From assembly GCF_044324785.1 (NCBI RefSeq), contig NZ_CP172127.1: a DNA stretch of 64,000 nucleotides; one strand, given 5' to 3'. Of this stretch, positions 9,790 to 23,971 are shown piece after piece (the first letter of the stretch is position 1; the number at the start of each line of letters is the position of its first letter). A model generated the notes under the pieces. It worked only from the letters and a program-made list of their open reading frames with translations, ran no database searches and was not told where the DNA came from. Made by a program: the position numbers and the translations under genes. This stretch comes from Escherichia coli. Its GTDB lineage: Bacteria; Pseudomonadota; Gammaproteobacteria; Enterobacterales; Enterobacteriaceae.

Positions 9790-10014
9790 TTTTGCGGGTC
9801 CTTTCCGGCGATCCGACAGGTTACGGGGCGGCGACCTCGCGGGTTTTCGCTATTTATGAAAATTTTCCGGTTTAAGGCATTTCCGTTCTTCTTCGTCGTA
9901 ACTTAATGTTTTTATTTAAAATACCCCCTGAAAAGAAAGGAAACAACAGGTGCTGAAAACGAGCTTTTGGGCCTCTGTCGTTTCCTTTCTCTGTTTTTGG
10001 CCGTGGAATGAACA
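9790..10014 (+). other. cos site (cosQ-cosN-cosB) of lambda type; cosN 12-nt cohesive end GGGCGGCGACCT at 9827-9838
   Basis: Sequence ...GATCCGACAGGTTACG|GGGCGGCGACCTCGCGGGTTTTCGCTATTTATGAAAATTTTCCGG matches my recollection of the lambda right-end/left-end junction; lies immediately upstream of Nu1. Confidence 0.8.
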
Positions 10015-10534
10015 ATGGAAGTCAACAAAAAGCAGCTGGCTGACATTTTCGGTGCGAGTATCCGTACCATTCAGAACTGGCAGGAACAGGGAATGCCCGT
10101 TCTGCGAGGCGGTGGCAAGGGTAATGAGGTGCTTTATGACTCTGCCGCCGTTATAAGATGGTATGCCGAAAGGGATGCTGAAATTGAGAACGAAAAGCTG
10201 CGCCGGGAAGTTGAAGAACTGCGGCAGGCCAGCGAGACAGATCTCCAGCCAGGGACTATTGAGTACGAACGCCATCGACTTACGCGTGCGCAGGCCGACG
10301 CACAGGAGCTGAAAAATGCCAGAGACTCCGCTGAAGTGGTGGAAACCGCATTCTGTACTTTCGTGCTGTCGCGGATCGCAGGTGAAATTGCCAGTATTCT
10401 CGACGGGATCCCCCTGTCGGTGCAGCGGCGTTTTCCGGAACTGGAAAACCGACATGTTGATTTCCTGAAACGGGATATCATCAAAGCCATGAACAAAGCA
10501 GCCGCGCTGGATGAACTGATACCGGGGTTGCTGA

Positions 10535-10560
<26 letters not shown>
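10015..10560 (+). CDS. nu1: Terminase small subunit (lambda Nu1-like)
   Basis: 181 aa MEVNKKQLADIFGASIRTIQNWQEQGMPVLRGGGKGNEVLYD...; winged-HTH N-terminus. Confidence 0.95.
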
Positions 10561-14241
<3,681 letters not shown>

Positions 14242-14261
<20 letters not shown>

Positions 14262-15561
14262 TCTCCCGCATATTGCCAGCATGGCTTTTAATGAGCCGCT
14301 GATGCTTGAACCCGCCTATGCGCGGGTTTTCTTTTGTGCGCTTGCAGGCCAGCTTGGGATCAGCCGCCTGACGGATGCGGTGTCCGGCGACAGCCTGACT
14401 GCCCAGGAGGCACTCGCGACGCTGGCATTATCCGGTGATGATGACGGACCACGACAGGCCCGCAGTTATCAGGTCATGAACGGCATCGCCGTGCTGCCGG
14501 TGTCCGGCACGCTGGTCAGCCGGACGCGGGCGCTGCAGCCGTACTCGGGGATGACCGGTTACAACGGCATTATCGCCCGTCTGCAACAGGCTGCCAGCGA
14601 TCCGATGGTGGACGGCATTCTGCTCGATATGGACACGCCCGGCGGGATGGTGGCGGGGGCATTTGACTGCGCTGACATCATCGCCCGTGTGCGTGACATA
14701 AAGCCGGTATGGGCGCTGGCCAATGACATGAACTGCAGCGCAGGTCAGCTGCTTGCCAGTGCCGCCTCCCGGCGTCTGGTCACGCAGACCGCCCGGACAG
14801 GCTCCATCGGCGTCATGATGGCTCACAGTAATTACGGCGCTGCACTGGAGAAACAGGGCGTGGAAATCACGCTGATTTACAGCGGCAGCCATAAGGTGGA
14901 TGGCAATCCCTACAGCCATCTTCCGGATGACGTCCGGGAGACACTGCAGTCCCGGATGGACGCAACCCGCCAGATGTTTGCGCAGAAGGTGTCGGCATAT
15001 ACCGGCCTGTCTGTGCAGGCTGTGCTGGATACCGAGGCTGCAGTGTACAGCGGTCAGGAGGCCATTGATGCCGGACTGGCTGATGAACTTGTCAACAGCA
15101 CCGATGCGATCACCGTTATGCGTGATGCACTGGATGCACGTAAATCCCGTCTCTCAGGAGGGCGAATGACCAAAGAGACTCAATCAACAACTGTTTCAGC
15201 CACTGCTTCGCAGGCTGACGTTACTGACGTGGTGCCAGCGACGGAGGGCGAAAACGCCAGCGCGGCGCAGCCGGACGTGAACGCGCAGATCACCGCTGCG
15301 GTTGCGGCAGAAAACAGCCGCATTATGGGGATCCTCAACTGTGAGGAGGCTCACGGACGCGAAGAACAGGCCCGCGTGCTGGCAGAAACCCCCGGTATGA
15401 CCGTGGAAACGGCCCGCCGCATTCTGGCAGCTGCACCACAGAGTGCACAGGCGCGCAGTGACACTGCGCTGGATCGTCTGATGCAGGGGGCACCGGCACC
15501 GCTGGCTGCAGGTAACCCGGCATCTGATGCCGTTAACGATTTGCTGAACACACCAGTGTAA
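14242..15561 (+). CDS. C: Head maturation protease / scaffold gpC (ClpP/SppA-like)
   Basis: ORF 14107-15561; start placed at GTG 14242 (VTAELRNLPHIASMAF...) with SD GGAGGAG upstream, giving 439 aa. Confidence 0.85.
15166..15561 (+). CDS. nu3: Scaffolding protein Nu3, nested in-frame in the 3' part of C
   Basis: Internal in-frame ATG at 15166 (MTKETQSTTVSATASQ...), 131 aa; by analogy to lambda C/Nu3 nesting. Confidence 0.6.
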   Translation: MTKETQSTTVSATASQADVTDVVPATEGENASAAQPDVNAQITAAVAAENSRIMGILNCEEAHGREEQARVLAETPGMTVETARRILAAAPQSAQARSDTALDRLMQGAPAPLAAGNPASDAVNDLLNTPV

Positions 15562-15570
15562 GGGATGTTT

Positions 15571-15903
15571 ATGACGAGCAAAGAAACCTTTACCCATTAC
15601 CAGCCGCTGGGCAACAGTGACCCGGCTCATACCGCAACCGCGCCCGGCGGATTGAGTGCGAAAGCGCCTGCAATGACCCCGCTGATGCTGGACACCTCCA
15701 CCCGTAAGCTGGTTGCGTGGGATGGCACCACCGACGGTACTGCCGTTGGCATTCTGGCGGTTGATGCTGACCAGACCAGCACCACGCTGACGTTCTACAA
15801 GTCCGGCACGTTCCGTTATGAGGATGTGCTCTGGCCGGAGGCTGCCAGCGACGAGACGAAAAAACGGACCGCGTTTGCCGGAACGGCAATCAGCATCGTT
15901 TAA
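15571..15903 (+). CDS. D: Head decoration protein gpD
   Basis: ORF 15565-15903; start at [12 protein letters not shown] (110 aa). Confidence 0.9.
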   Translation: MTSKETFTHYQPLGNSDPAHTATAPGGLSAKAPAMTPLMLDTSTRKLVAWDGTTDGTAVGILAVDADQTSTTLTFYKSGTFRYEDVLWPEAASDETKKRTAFAGTAISIV

Positions 15904-15958
15904 CTTTACCCTTCATCACTAAAGGCCGCCTGTGCGGCTTTTTTTACGGGATTTTTTT

Positions 15959-16984
15959 ATGTCGATGTACACAACCGCCCAGCTGCTGGCGGCAAATGAG
16001 CAGAAATTTAAGTTTGATCCGCTGTTTCTGCGTCTCTTTTTCCGTGAGAGCTATCCCTTCACTACGGAGAAAGTCTATCTCTCACAAATTCCGGGACTGG
16101 TAAACATGGCGCTGTACGTTTCGCCGATTGTTTCCGGTGAGGTTATCCGTTCCCGTGGCGGCTCCACCTCTGAATTTACGCCGGGATATGTCAAACCCAA
16201 GCATGAAGTGAATCCGCAGATGACCCTGCGTCGCCTGCCGGATGAAGATCCGCAGAATCTGGCGGACCCGGCTTACCGCCGCCGTCGCATCATCCTGCAG
16301 AACATGCGTGACGAAGAGCTGGCCATTGCTCAGGTCGAAGAGATGCAGGCAGTTTCTGCCGTGCTCAAGGGCAAATACACCATGACCGGTGAAGCCTTCG
16401 ATCCGGTTGAGGTGGATATGGGCCGCAGTGCGGCGAACAACATCACGCAGTCCGGCGGCACGGAGTGGAGCAAGCGTGACAAGTCCACGTATGACCCGAC
16501 CGACGATATCGAAGCCTACGCGCTGAACGCCAGCGGCGTGGTGAATATCATCGTGTTTGATCCGAAAGGCTGGGCGCTGTTCCGTTCCTTCAAAGCCGTC
16601 AAGGAGAAGCTGGATACCCGTCGCGGCTCTCATTCCGAGCTGGAGACAGCGGTAAAAGACCTGGGCAAAGCGGTGTCCTATAAGGGAATGTATGGCGATG
16701 TGGCCATCGTCGTGTATTCCGGACAGTACGTGGAAAACGGCGTCAAAAAGAACTTCCTGCCGGACAACACGATGGTGCTGGGTAACACTCATGCACGCGG
16801 TCTGCGCACCTATGGCTGTATTCAGGATGCGGATGCATTGAGTGAGGGTATTAATGCGTCTCCCCGTTATCCGAAAAACTGGAAGACATCCGGCGATCCG
16901 GCGCGAGAGTTCACCATGATTCAGTCAGCACCGCTGATGCTGCTGGCTGATCCTGATGAGTTCGTGTCCGTTCAACTGGCGTAA
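15959..16984 (+). CDS. E: Major capsid protein gpE
   Basis: ORF 15932-16984; start at MSMYTTAQLLAANEQ (341 aa). Confidence 0.95.
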   Translation: MSMYTTAQLLAANEQKFKFDPLFLRLFFRESYPFTTEKVYLSQIPGLVNMALYVSPIVSGEVIRSRGGSTSEFTPGYVKPKHEVNPQMTLRRLPDEDPQNLADPAYRRRRIILQNMRDEELAIAQVEEMQAVSAVLKGKYTMTGEAFDPVEVDMGRSAANNITQSGGTEWSKRDKSTYDPTDDIEAYALNASGVVNIIVFDPKGWALFRSFKAVKEKLDTRRGSHSELETAVKDLGKAVSYKGMYGDVAIVVYSGQYVENGVKKNFLPDNTMVLGNTHARGLRTYGCIQDADALSEGINASPRYPKNWKTSGDPAREFTMIQSAPLMLLADPDEFVSVQLA

Positions 16985-17025
16985 TCATGGCCCTTCGGGG
17001 CCATTGTTTCTCTGTGGAGGAGTCC

Positions 17026-17421
17026 ATGACGAAAGATGAACTGATTGCCCGTCTCCGCTCGCTGGGTGAACAACTGAACCGTGATATCAGCCTGACGGGG
17101 ACGAAAGAAGAACTGGCGCTCCGTGTGGCAGAGCTGGAAGAAGAGCTTGATGACACGGGCGACACTGCCGGTCAGGATACCCCTCTCAGCCCGGAAAATG
17201 TGCTGACCGGACATGAAAATGAGGTTGTATCAGCGCAGCCGGATACCGTGACTGATACGGCTGATCTGGTCACGGTTGTGGCACTGGTGACGCTGCATAC
17301 TGATGCACTTCACGCCACGCGGGATGAGGCTGTGGCATTTGTGCTGCCGGGAACGGCGTTCCGTGTCTCTGCCGGTGTGGCAGCTGAAATGACAGAGCGC
17401 GGCCTGGCCAGAATGCAATAA
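17026..17421 (+). CDS. FI: DNA packaging protein gpFI
   Basis: ORF 16987-17421; start at MTKDELIARLRSLG (131 aa). Confidence 0.85.
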   Translation: MTKDELIARLRSLGEQLNRDISLTGTKEELALRVAELEEELDDTGDTAGQDTPLSPENVLTGHENEVVSAQPDTVTDTADLVTVVALVTLHTDALHATRDEAVAFVLPGTAFRVSAGVAAEMTERGLARMQ

Positions 17422-17432
17422 CGGGAGGCGCT

Positions 17433-17786
17433 GTGGCTGATTTCGATAACCTGTTCGATGCTGCCATTGCCTGCGCCGATGAAACGATACGCGGGTACAT
17501 GGGAACGTCAGCCACCATGACATCCGGTGAGCAGTCCGGTGCTGTGATACGTGGTGTTTTTGATGACCCTGAAAATATCAGCTATGCCGGACAGGGCGTG
17601 CGCGTTGAAGGCTCCAGCCCGTCCCTGTTTGTCCGGACTGATGATGTGCGGCAGCTGCGGCGCGGCGACACGCTGACCATCGGTGAGGAAAACTTCTGGA
17701 TAGACCGGATTTCGCCGGATGATGGCGGAAGCTGTCATCTCTGGCTTGGGCGGGGCGTACCGCCTGCCGTTAACCGTCGCCGCTGA
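17433..17786 (+). CDS. FII: Head-tail connector gpFII
   Basis: 117 aa MADFDNLFDAAIACADETIRG... Confidence 0.9.
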   Translation: MADFDNLFDAAIACADETIRGYMGTSATMTSGEQSGAVIRGVFDDPENISYAGQGVRVEGSSPSLFVRTDDVRQLRRGDTLTIGEENFWIDRISPDDGGSCHLWLGRGVPPAVNRRR

Positions 17787-17797
17787 AAGGGGGATGT

Positions 17798-18376
17798 ATG
17801 GCCATAAAAGGTCTTGAGCAGGCCGTTGAAAACCTCAGCCGTATCAGCAGAACGGCGGTGCCCGGTGCCGCCGCAATGGCCATTAACCGCGTTGCTTCAT
17901 CCGCGATATCGCAGTCGGTGGCACAGGTTGCCCGTGAGACAAAGGTACGCCGGAAACTGGTAAAGGAAAGGGCCAGGCTGAAAAGGGCCACGGTCAAAAA
18001 TCCGCAGGCCAGAATCAGGGTTAACCGGGGGGATTTGCCCGTAATCAAGCTGGGTAACGCGCGGGTTGTCCTTTCCCGCCGCAGACGTCGTAAAAAGGGG
18101 CAGCGTTCATCCCTGAAAGGTGGCGGCAGCGTGCTTGTGGTGGGAAACCGTCGTATTCCCGGCGCGTTTATTCAGCAACTGAAAAATGGCCGGTGGCATG
18201 TCATGCAGCGTGTGGCCGGGAAAAACCGTTACCCCATTGATGTGGTGAAAATCCCGATGGCGGTGCCGCTGACCACGGCGTTTAAACAGAATATTGAACG
18301 GATACGGCGTGAACGTCTTCCGAAAGAGCTGGGCTATGCGCTGCAGCATCAACTGAGAATGGTAATAAAGCGATGA
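17798..18376 (+). CDS. Z: Tail completion protein gpZ
   Basis: 192 aa MAIKGLEQAVENLSRISR... Confidence 0.9.
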   Translation: MAIKGLEQAVENLSRISRTAVPGAAAMAINRVASSAISQSVAQVARETKVRRKLVKERARLKRATVKNPQARIRVNRGDLPVIKLGNARVVLSRRRRRKKGQRSSLKGGGSVLVVGNRRIPGAFIQQLKNGRWHVMQRVAGKNRYPIDVVKIPMAVPLTTAFKQNIERIRRERLPKELGYALQHQLRMVIKR

Positions 18377-18768
18377 AACATACTGAACTCCGTGCAGCCG
18401 TACTGGATGCACTGGAGAAGCATGACACCGGGGCGACGCTTTTTGATGGTCGCCCCGCTGTTTTTGATGAGGCGGATTTTCCGGCAGTTGCCGTTTATCT
18501 CACCGGCGCTGAATACACGGGCGAAGAGCTGGACAGCGATACCTGGCAGGCGGAGCTGCATATCGAAGTTTTCCTGCCTGCTCAGGTGCCGGATTCAGAG
18601 CTGGATGCGTGGATGGAGTCCCGGATTTATCCGGTGATGAGCGATATCCCGGCACTGTCAGATTTGATCACCAGTATGGTGGCCAGTGGCTATGACTACC
18701 GGCGCGACGATGATGCGGGCCTGTGGAGTTCAGCCGATCTGACTTATGTCATTACCTATGAAATGTGA
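18373..18768 (+). CDS. U: Tail terminator protein gpU
   Basis: 131 aa [19 protein letters not shown]... Confidence 0.9.
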   Translation: MKHTELRAAVLDALEKHDTGATLFDGRPAVFDEADFPAVAVYLTGAEYTGEELDSDTWQAELHIEVFLPAQVPDSELDAWMESRIYPVMSDIPALSDLITSMVASGYDYRRDDDAGLWSSADLTYVITYEM

Positions 18769-18775
18769 GGACGAT

Positions 18776-19516
18776 ATGCCAACACCAAATCCTCTGGCAC
18801 CGGTGAAAGGGGCCGGGACCACCCTGTGGGTTTATAACGGGAGCGGCGACCCTTATGCAAACCCGCTTTCAGACAATGACTGGTCGCGTCTGGCAAAGGT
18901 TAAAGACCTGACGCCCGGCGAACTGACCGCTGAGTCCTATGACGACAGTTATCTCGATGATGAAGATGCGGACTGGACCGCGACCGGACAGGGGCAGAAA
19001 TCCGCCGGAGATACCAGCTTCACGCTGGCGTGGATGCCCGGAGAGCAGGGGCAGCAGGCGCTGCTGGCGTGGTTTAATGAAGGTGATACCCGTGCCTATA
19101 AAATCCGCTTCCCGAACGGCACGGTCGATGTGTTCCGCGGCTGGGTCAGCAGTATCGGTAAGGCGGTGACGGCGAAGGAAGTGATCACCCGCACGGTGAA
19201 AGTCACCAATGTGGGCCGTCCGTCGATGGCAGAAGATCACAGCACGGTCACAGCGGCAACCGGCATGACCGTGACGCCTGCCAGCACCTCGGTGGTGAAA
19301 GGGCAGAGCACCACGCTGACCGTGGCATTCCAGCCGGAAGGCGCAACCGACAAGAGCTTCCGTGCGGTGTCAGCGGATAAAACAAAAGCCACCGTGTCGG
19401 TCAGTGGTATGACCATCACCGTGAAAGGTGTTGCTGCAGGCAAGGTCAACATTCCGGTCGTATCCGGTAATGGTGAACTTGCTGCGGTTGCAGAAATCAA
19501 CGTCACCGCCAGTTAA
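18776..19516 (+). CDS. V: Major tail tube protein gpV (C-terminal Ig-like domain)
   Basis: ORF 18746-19516; start at [18 protein letters not shown] (246 aa). Confidence 0.9.
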   Translation: MPTPNPLAPVKGAGTTLWVYNGSGDPYANPLSDNDWSRLAKVKDLTPGELTAESYDDSYLDDEDADWTATGQGQKSAGDTSFTLAWMPGEQGQQALLAWFNEGDTRAYKIRFPNGTVDVFRGWVSSIGKAVTAKEVITRTVKVTNVGRPSMAEDHSTVTAATGMTVTPASTSVVKGQSTTLTVAFQPEGATDKSFRAVSADKTKATVSVSGMTITVKGVAAGKVNIPVVSGNGELAAVAEINVTAS

Positions 19517-19531
19517 TCCGGAGAGTCAGCG

Positions 19532-19954
19532 ATGTTCCTGAAAACCGAATCATTTGAACATAACGGTGTGACCGTCACGCTTTCTGAACTGTCAGCCCTG
19601 CAGCGTATTGAGCATCTCGCCCTGATGAAACGGCAGGCAGAACAGGCGGAGTCAGACAGCAACCGGAAGTTTACTGTGGAAGACGCCATCAGAACCGGTG
19701 CTTGTGTGGTGGCGATGTCCCTGTGGCATAACCATCCGCAGAAGACGCAGATGCCTTCCATGAATGAAGCCGTTAAACAGATTGAGCAGGAAGTGCTTAC
19801 CACCTGGCCTACAGAGGCAATTTCTCATGCTGAAAACGTGGTGTACCGGCTGTCCGGTATGTATGAGTTTGTGGTGAATGATGCCCCTGAACAGGCAGAG
19901 GATGCCGGGCCTGCAGAGCCTGTTTCTGCGGGAAAGTGTTCGACGGTGAGCTGA
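19532..19954 (+). CDS. G: Tail assembly chaperone gpG
   Basis: 140 aa MFLKTESFEHNGVTVTLSELSALQRIEHL... Confidence 0.9.
   Translation: MFLKTESFEHNGVTVTLSELSALQRIEHLALMKRQAEQAESDSNRKFTVEDAIRTGACVVAMSLWHNHPQKTQMPSMNEAVKQIEQEVLTTWPTEAISHAENVVYRLSGMYEFVVNDAPEQAEDAGPAEPVSAGKCSTVS
19930..19936 (+). promoter_or_regulatory. Programmed -1 ribosomal frameshift slippery heptamer GGGAAAG (G to G-T fusion)
   Basis: G GGA AAG at the 3' end of G; the T ORF opens in the -1 frame exactly here. Confidence 0.65.
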
Positions 19955-20370
19955 GTTTTGCCCTGAAACTGGCGCGCGAGATGGGGCGACCCGACTGGCG
20001 TGCCATGCTTGCCGGGATGTCATCCACGGAGTATGCCGACTGGCACCGCTTTTACAGTACCCATTATTTTCATGATGTTCTGCTGGATATGCACTTTTCC
20101 GGGCTGACGTACACCGTGCTCAGCCTGTTTTTCAGCGATCCGGATATGCATCCGCTGGATTTCAGTCTGCTGAACCGGCGCGAGGCTGACGAAGAGCCTG
20201 AAGATGATGTGCTGATGCAGAAAGCGGCAGGGCTTGCCGGAGGCGTTCGTTTTGGCCCGGACGGGAATGAAGTTATCCCCGCTTCCCCGGATGTGGCGGA
20301 CATGACGGAGGATGACGTAATGCTGATGACAGTATCAGAAGGGATCGCAGGAGGAGTCCGGTATGGCTGA
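19936..20370 (+). CDS. T: gpT portion of the gpG-T frameshift fusion chaperone
   Basis: 144-aa -1 frame ORF beginning at slippery site (no independent RBS expected). Confidence 0.85.
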   Translation: MFDGELSFALKLAREMGRPDWRAMLAGMSSTEYADWHRFYSTHYFHDVLLDMHFSGLTYTVLSLFFSDPDMHPLDFSLLNRREADEEPEDDVLMQKAAGLAGGVRFGPDGNEVIPASPDVADMTEDDVMLMTVSEGIAGGVRYG

Positions 20371-22942
20371 ACCGGTAGGCGATCTGGTCGTTGATTTAAG
20401 TCTGGATGCGGCCAGATTTGACGAGCAGATGGCCAGAGTCAGGCGTCATTTTTCCGGTACGGAAACTGATGCGAAAAAAACAGCGGCAGTCGTTGAACAG
20501 TCGCTGAGCCGACAGGCGCTGGCTGCACAGAAAGCGGGGATTTCCGTCGGGCAGTATAAAGCCGCCATGCGTATGCTGCCTGCACAGTTCACCGACGTGG
20601 CCACGCAGCTTGCAGGCGGGCAAAGTCCGTGGCTGATCCTGCTGCAACAGGGTGGTCAGGTTAAGGACTCCTTCGGCGGGATGATCCCCATGTTCAGGGG
20701 GCTTGCCGGTGCGATCACCCTGCCGATGGTGGGGGCCACCTCGCTGGCGGTGGCGACCGGTGCGCTGGCGTATGCCTGGTATCAGGGCAACTCAACCCTG
20801 TCCGATTTCAACAAAACGCTGGTCCTTTCCGGCAATCAGGCGGGACTGACGGCAGATCGTATTCTGGCCCTGTCCAGAGCCGGGCAGGCGGCAGGGCTGA
20901 CGTTTAACCAGACCAGCGAGTCACTGACGGCGCTGGTGAATGCCGGTGTGCGTGGTGGTGAGCAGTTTGAGGCGATCAGCCAGAGTGTGGCGCGTTTCTC
21001 CTCTGCATCCGGCGTGGAGGTGGACAAGGTCGCTGAAGCCTTCGGGAAGCTGACCACAGACCCGACGTCGGGACTGACAGCGATGGCACGTCAGTTCCAT
21101 AACGTGACGGCGGAGCAGATTGCGTATGTTGCTCAGTTGCAGCGTTCCGGAGATGAAGCCGGGGCATTGCAGGCGGCGAACGAGGCCGCAACGAAAGGGT
21201 TTGATGACCAGACCCGCCGCCTGAAAGAGAACATGGGCACGCTGGAGACCTGGGCAGACAGGACAGCACGGGCATTCAAATCCATGTGGGATTCGGTGCT
21301 GGATATTGGTCGCCCGGACACTGCCCAGGGAATGCTGGAGAAAGCAGAAAAGGCTTTTGATGAGGCGGACAAAAAATGGCAGTGGTATCAGAGCCGAAGC
21401 CACCGGCGCGGTAAAACCTCAGCATTTCTTGCCAATCTCCGGGGAGCATGGGAGGACAGAGCGAATGCGCAACTTGGGCTTTCAGCCGCCACGTTGCAGG
21501 CCGATCTTGAAAAGGCCAGAGAGATGGCAGCAAAGGACTGGGCCGAGTCTGAGGCATCACGGCTGAAATATACCGAAGAGGCGCAGAAGGCTTACGAACG
21601 CCTGCAGACGCCGCTGGAGAAATATACCGCCCGTCAGGAAGAACTGAACAAGGCACTGAAAGACGGGAAAATCCTGCAGGCAGATTACAACACGCTGATG
21701 GCGGCGGCGAAAAAGGATTATGAAGCGACGCTGAAAAAGCCGAAACAGTCCGGCGTGAAAGTGTCTGCGGGCGATCGTCAGGAAGACAGTGCTCATGCTG
21801 CCCTGCTGACGCTTCAGGCTGAACTCCGGACGCTGGAGAAGCATGCCGGAGCAAATGAGAAAATCAGCCAGCAGCGCCGGGATTTGTGGAAGGCGGAGAG
21901 TCAGTTCGCGGTACTGGAGGAGGCGGCGCAACGTCGCCAGCTGTCCGCACAGGAGAAATCCCTGCTGGCGCATAAAGATGAGACGCTGGAGTACAAACGC
22001 CAGCTGGCTGCACTTGGCGACAAGGTTACGTATCAGGAGCGCCTGAACGCGCTGGCGCAGCAGGCGGATAAGTTCGCACAGCAACAACGGGCAAAACGGG
22101 CAGCCATTGAGGCGAAAAACCGGGGGCTTACTGACCGGCAGGCAGCGCGGGAAGCCACAGAACAGCGCCTGAAGGAACAGTATGGCGATAATTCGCTGGC
22201 GCTGAATAACGTCATGTCAGAGCAGAAAAAGACCTGGGCGGCTGAAGACCAGCTTCGCGGGAGCTGGATGGCAGGCCTCAGGTCCGGCTGGAGTGAGTGG
22301 GAAGAGAGCGCCACGGACAGTATGTCGCAGGTTAAAAGTGCAGCCACGCAGACCTTTGATGGTATTGCGCAGAATATGGCGGCGATGCTGACCGGCAGTG
22401 AGCAGAACTGGCGCAGCTTCACCCGTTCCGTGCTGTCCATGATGACAGAAATTCTGCTTAAGCAGGCAATGGTGGGGATTGTCGGGAGTATCGGTAGCGC
22501 CATTGGCGGGGCTGTTGGTGGCGGCGCATCCGCATCAGGCGGTACAGCCATTCAGGCAGCTGCGGCGAAATTCCATTTTGCAACCGGAGGATTTACGGGA
22601 ACCGGCGGCAAATATGAGCCAGCGGGGATTGTTCACCGTGGTGAATTTGTCTTCACGAAGGAGGCAACCAGCCGAATTGGTGTCGGCAACCTGTACCGCC
22701 TGATGCGGGGCTATGCGGAAGGTGGTTATGTGGGCGGTGCCGGAAGTCCGGCGCAGATGCGGCGGGCTGAAGGCATTAATTTTAATCAGAACAATCACGT
22801 GGTGATTCAGAACGACGGTACGAATGGTCTGCCAGGTCCACAGATGATGAAGGCAGTGTATGACATGGCCCGCAAGGGTGCCCGTGATGAAATTCAGGCA
22901 CAGATGCGCGATGGTGGTCTGTTCTCCGGAGGTGGACGATGA
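20363..22942 (+). CDS. H: Tail tape measure protein gpH
   Basis: 859 aa; long alpha-helical/coiled-coil region, Gly-rich C-terminal segment. Confidence 0.95.
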   Translation: MAEPVGDLVVDLSLDAARFDEQMARVRRHFSGTETDAKKTAAVVEQSLSRQALAAQKAGISVGQYKAAMRMLPAQFTDVATQLAGGQSPWLILLQQGGQVKDSFGGMIPMFRGLAGAITLPMVGATSLAVATGALAYAWYQGNSTLSDFNKTLVLSGNQAGLTADRILALSRAGQAAGLTFNQTSESLTALVNAGVRGGEQFEAISQSVARFSSASGVEVDKVAEAFGKLTTDPTSGLTAMARQFHNVTAEQIAYVAQLQRSGDEAGALQAANEAATKGFDDQTRRLKENMGTLETWADRTARAFKSMWDSVLDIGRPDTAQGMLEKAEKAFDEADKKWQWYQSRSHRRGKTSAFLANLRGAWEDRANAQLGLSAATLQADLEKAREMAAKDWAESEASRLKYTEEAQKAYERLQTPLEKYTARQEELNKALKDGKILQADYNTLMAAAKKDYEATLKKPKQSGVKVSAGDRQEDSAHAALLTLQAELRTLEKHAGANEKISQQRRDLWKAESQFAVLEEAAQRRQLSAQEKSLLAHKDETLEYKRQLAALGDKVTYQERLNALAQQADKFAQQQRAKRAAIEAKNRGLTDRQAAREATEQRLKEQYGDNSLALNNVMSEQKKTWAAEDQLRGSWMAGLRSGWSEWEESATDSMSQVKSAATQTFDGIAQNMAAMLTGSEQNWRSFTRSVLSMMTEILLKQAMVGIVGSIGSAIGGAVGGGASASGGTAIQAAAAKFHFATGGFTGTGGKYEPAGIVHRGEFVFTKEATSRIGVGNLYRLMRGYAEGGYVGGAGSPAQMRRAEGINFNQNNHVVIQNDGTNGLPGPQMMKAVYDMARKGARDEIQAQMRDGGLFSGGGR

Positions 22943-23268
22943 AGACCTTCCGCTGGAAAGTGAAACCCGGTATGGATGTGGCTTCGGCCCCTTCCGTCAG
23001 GAAAGTGCGCTTTGGTGATGGCTATTCCCAGCGAGCGCCTGCCGGGCTGAATGCCGACCTGAAAACGTACAGCGTGACGCTTTCTGTTCCCCGTTGGGAG
23101 GCCACGGCGCTGGAGTCGTTTCTGGCTGAGCACGGGGGCTGGAAAGCCTTTCTGTGGACGCCGCCTTATGAGTGGCGGCAGATAAAGGTGACCTGCGCAA
23201 AATGGTCGTCGCGGGTCAGTATGCTGCGTGTTGAGTTCAGCGCAGAGTTTGAACAGGTGGTGAACTGA
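22939..23268 (+). CDS. M: Tail tip protein gpM
   Basis: 109 aa MKTFRWKVKPGMDVASAPS... Confidence 0.9.
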   Translation: MKTFRWKVKPGMDVASAPSVRKVRFGDGYSQRAPAGLNADLKTYSVTLSVPRWEATALESFLAEHGGWKAFLWTPPYEWRQIKVTCAKWSSRVSMLRVEFSAEFEQVVN

Positions 23269-23966
23269 TGCAGGATATCCGGCAGGAAACACTGAATGAA
23301 TGCACCCGTGCGGAGCAGTCGGCCAGCGTGGTGCTCTGGGAAATCGACCTGACAGAGGTCGGTGGAGAACGTTATTTTTTCTGTAATGAGCAGAACGAAA
23401 AAGGTGAGCCGGTCACCTGGCAGGGGCGACAGTATCAGCCGTATCCCATTCAGGGGAGTGGTTTTGAACTGAATGGCAAAGGCACCAGTACGCGCCCCAC
23501 ACTGACGGTTTCTAACCTGTACGGTATGGTCACCGGGATGGCGGAAGATCTGCAGAGTCTGGTCGGTGGAACGGTGGTCCGGCGTAAGGTTTACGCCCGT
23601 TTTCTGGATGCGGTGAACTTCGTCAACGGAAACAGTGGCGCCGATCCGGAGCAGGAGGTGATCAGCCGCTGGCGCATTGAGCAGTGCAGCGAACTGAGCG
23701 CGGTGAGTGCCTCTTTTGTACTGTCCACGCCGACGGAAACGGATGGCGCTGTTTTTCCGGGACGTATCATGCTGGCCAACACCTGCACCTGGACCTATCG
23801 CGGTGACGAGTGCGGTTATAGCGGTCCGGCTGTCGCGGATGAATATGACCAGCCAACGTCCGATATCACGAAGGATAAATGCAGCAAATGCCTGAGCGGT
23901 TGTAAGTTCCGCAATAACGTCGGCAACTTTGGCGGCTTCCTTTCCATTAACAAACTTTCGCAGTAA
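23268..23966 (+). CDS. L: Tail tip protein gpL (C-terminal Cys cluster)
   Basis: 232 aa; C-terminal CxxC...C...C cluster (CTWTYRGDECGY...CSKCLSGC). Confidence 0.9.
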   Translation: MQDIRQETLNECTRAEQSASVVLWEIDLTEVGGERYFFCNEQNEKGEPVTWQGRQYQPYPIQGSGFELNGKGTSTRPTLTVSNLYGMVTGMAEDLQSLVGGTVVRRKVYARFLDAVNFVNGNSGADPEQEVISRWRIEQCSELSAVSASFVLSTPTETDGAVFPGRIMLANTCTWTYRGDECGYSGPAVADEYDQPTSDITKDKCSKCLSGCKFRNNVGNFGGFLSINKLSQ

Positions 23967-23971
23967 ATCCC

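Noticed and set aside
20836-22551. Multiple antisense or overlapping ORFs (73-192 aa) within the tape measure gene H
   Set aside because: All are embedded in a GC-rich, well-supported long ORF; Arg/Ser/Pro-rich shadow-frame translations typical of high-GC coding DNA.
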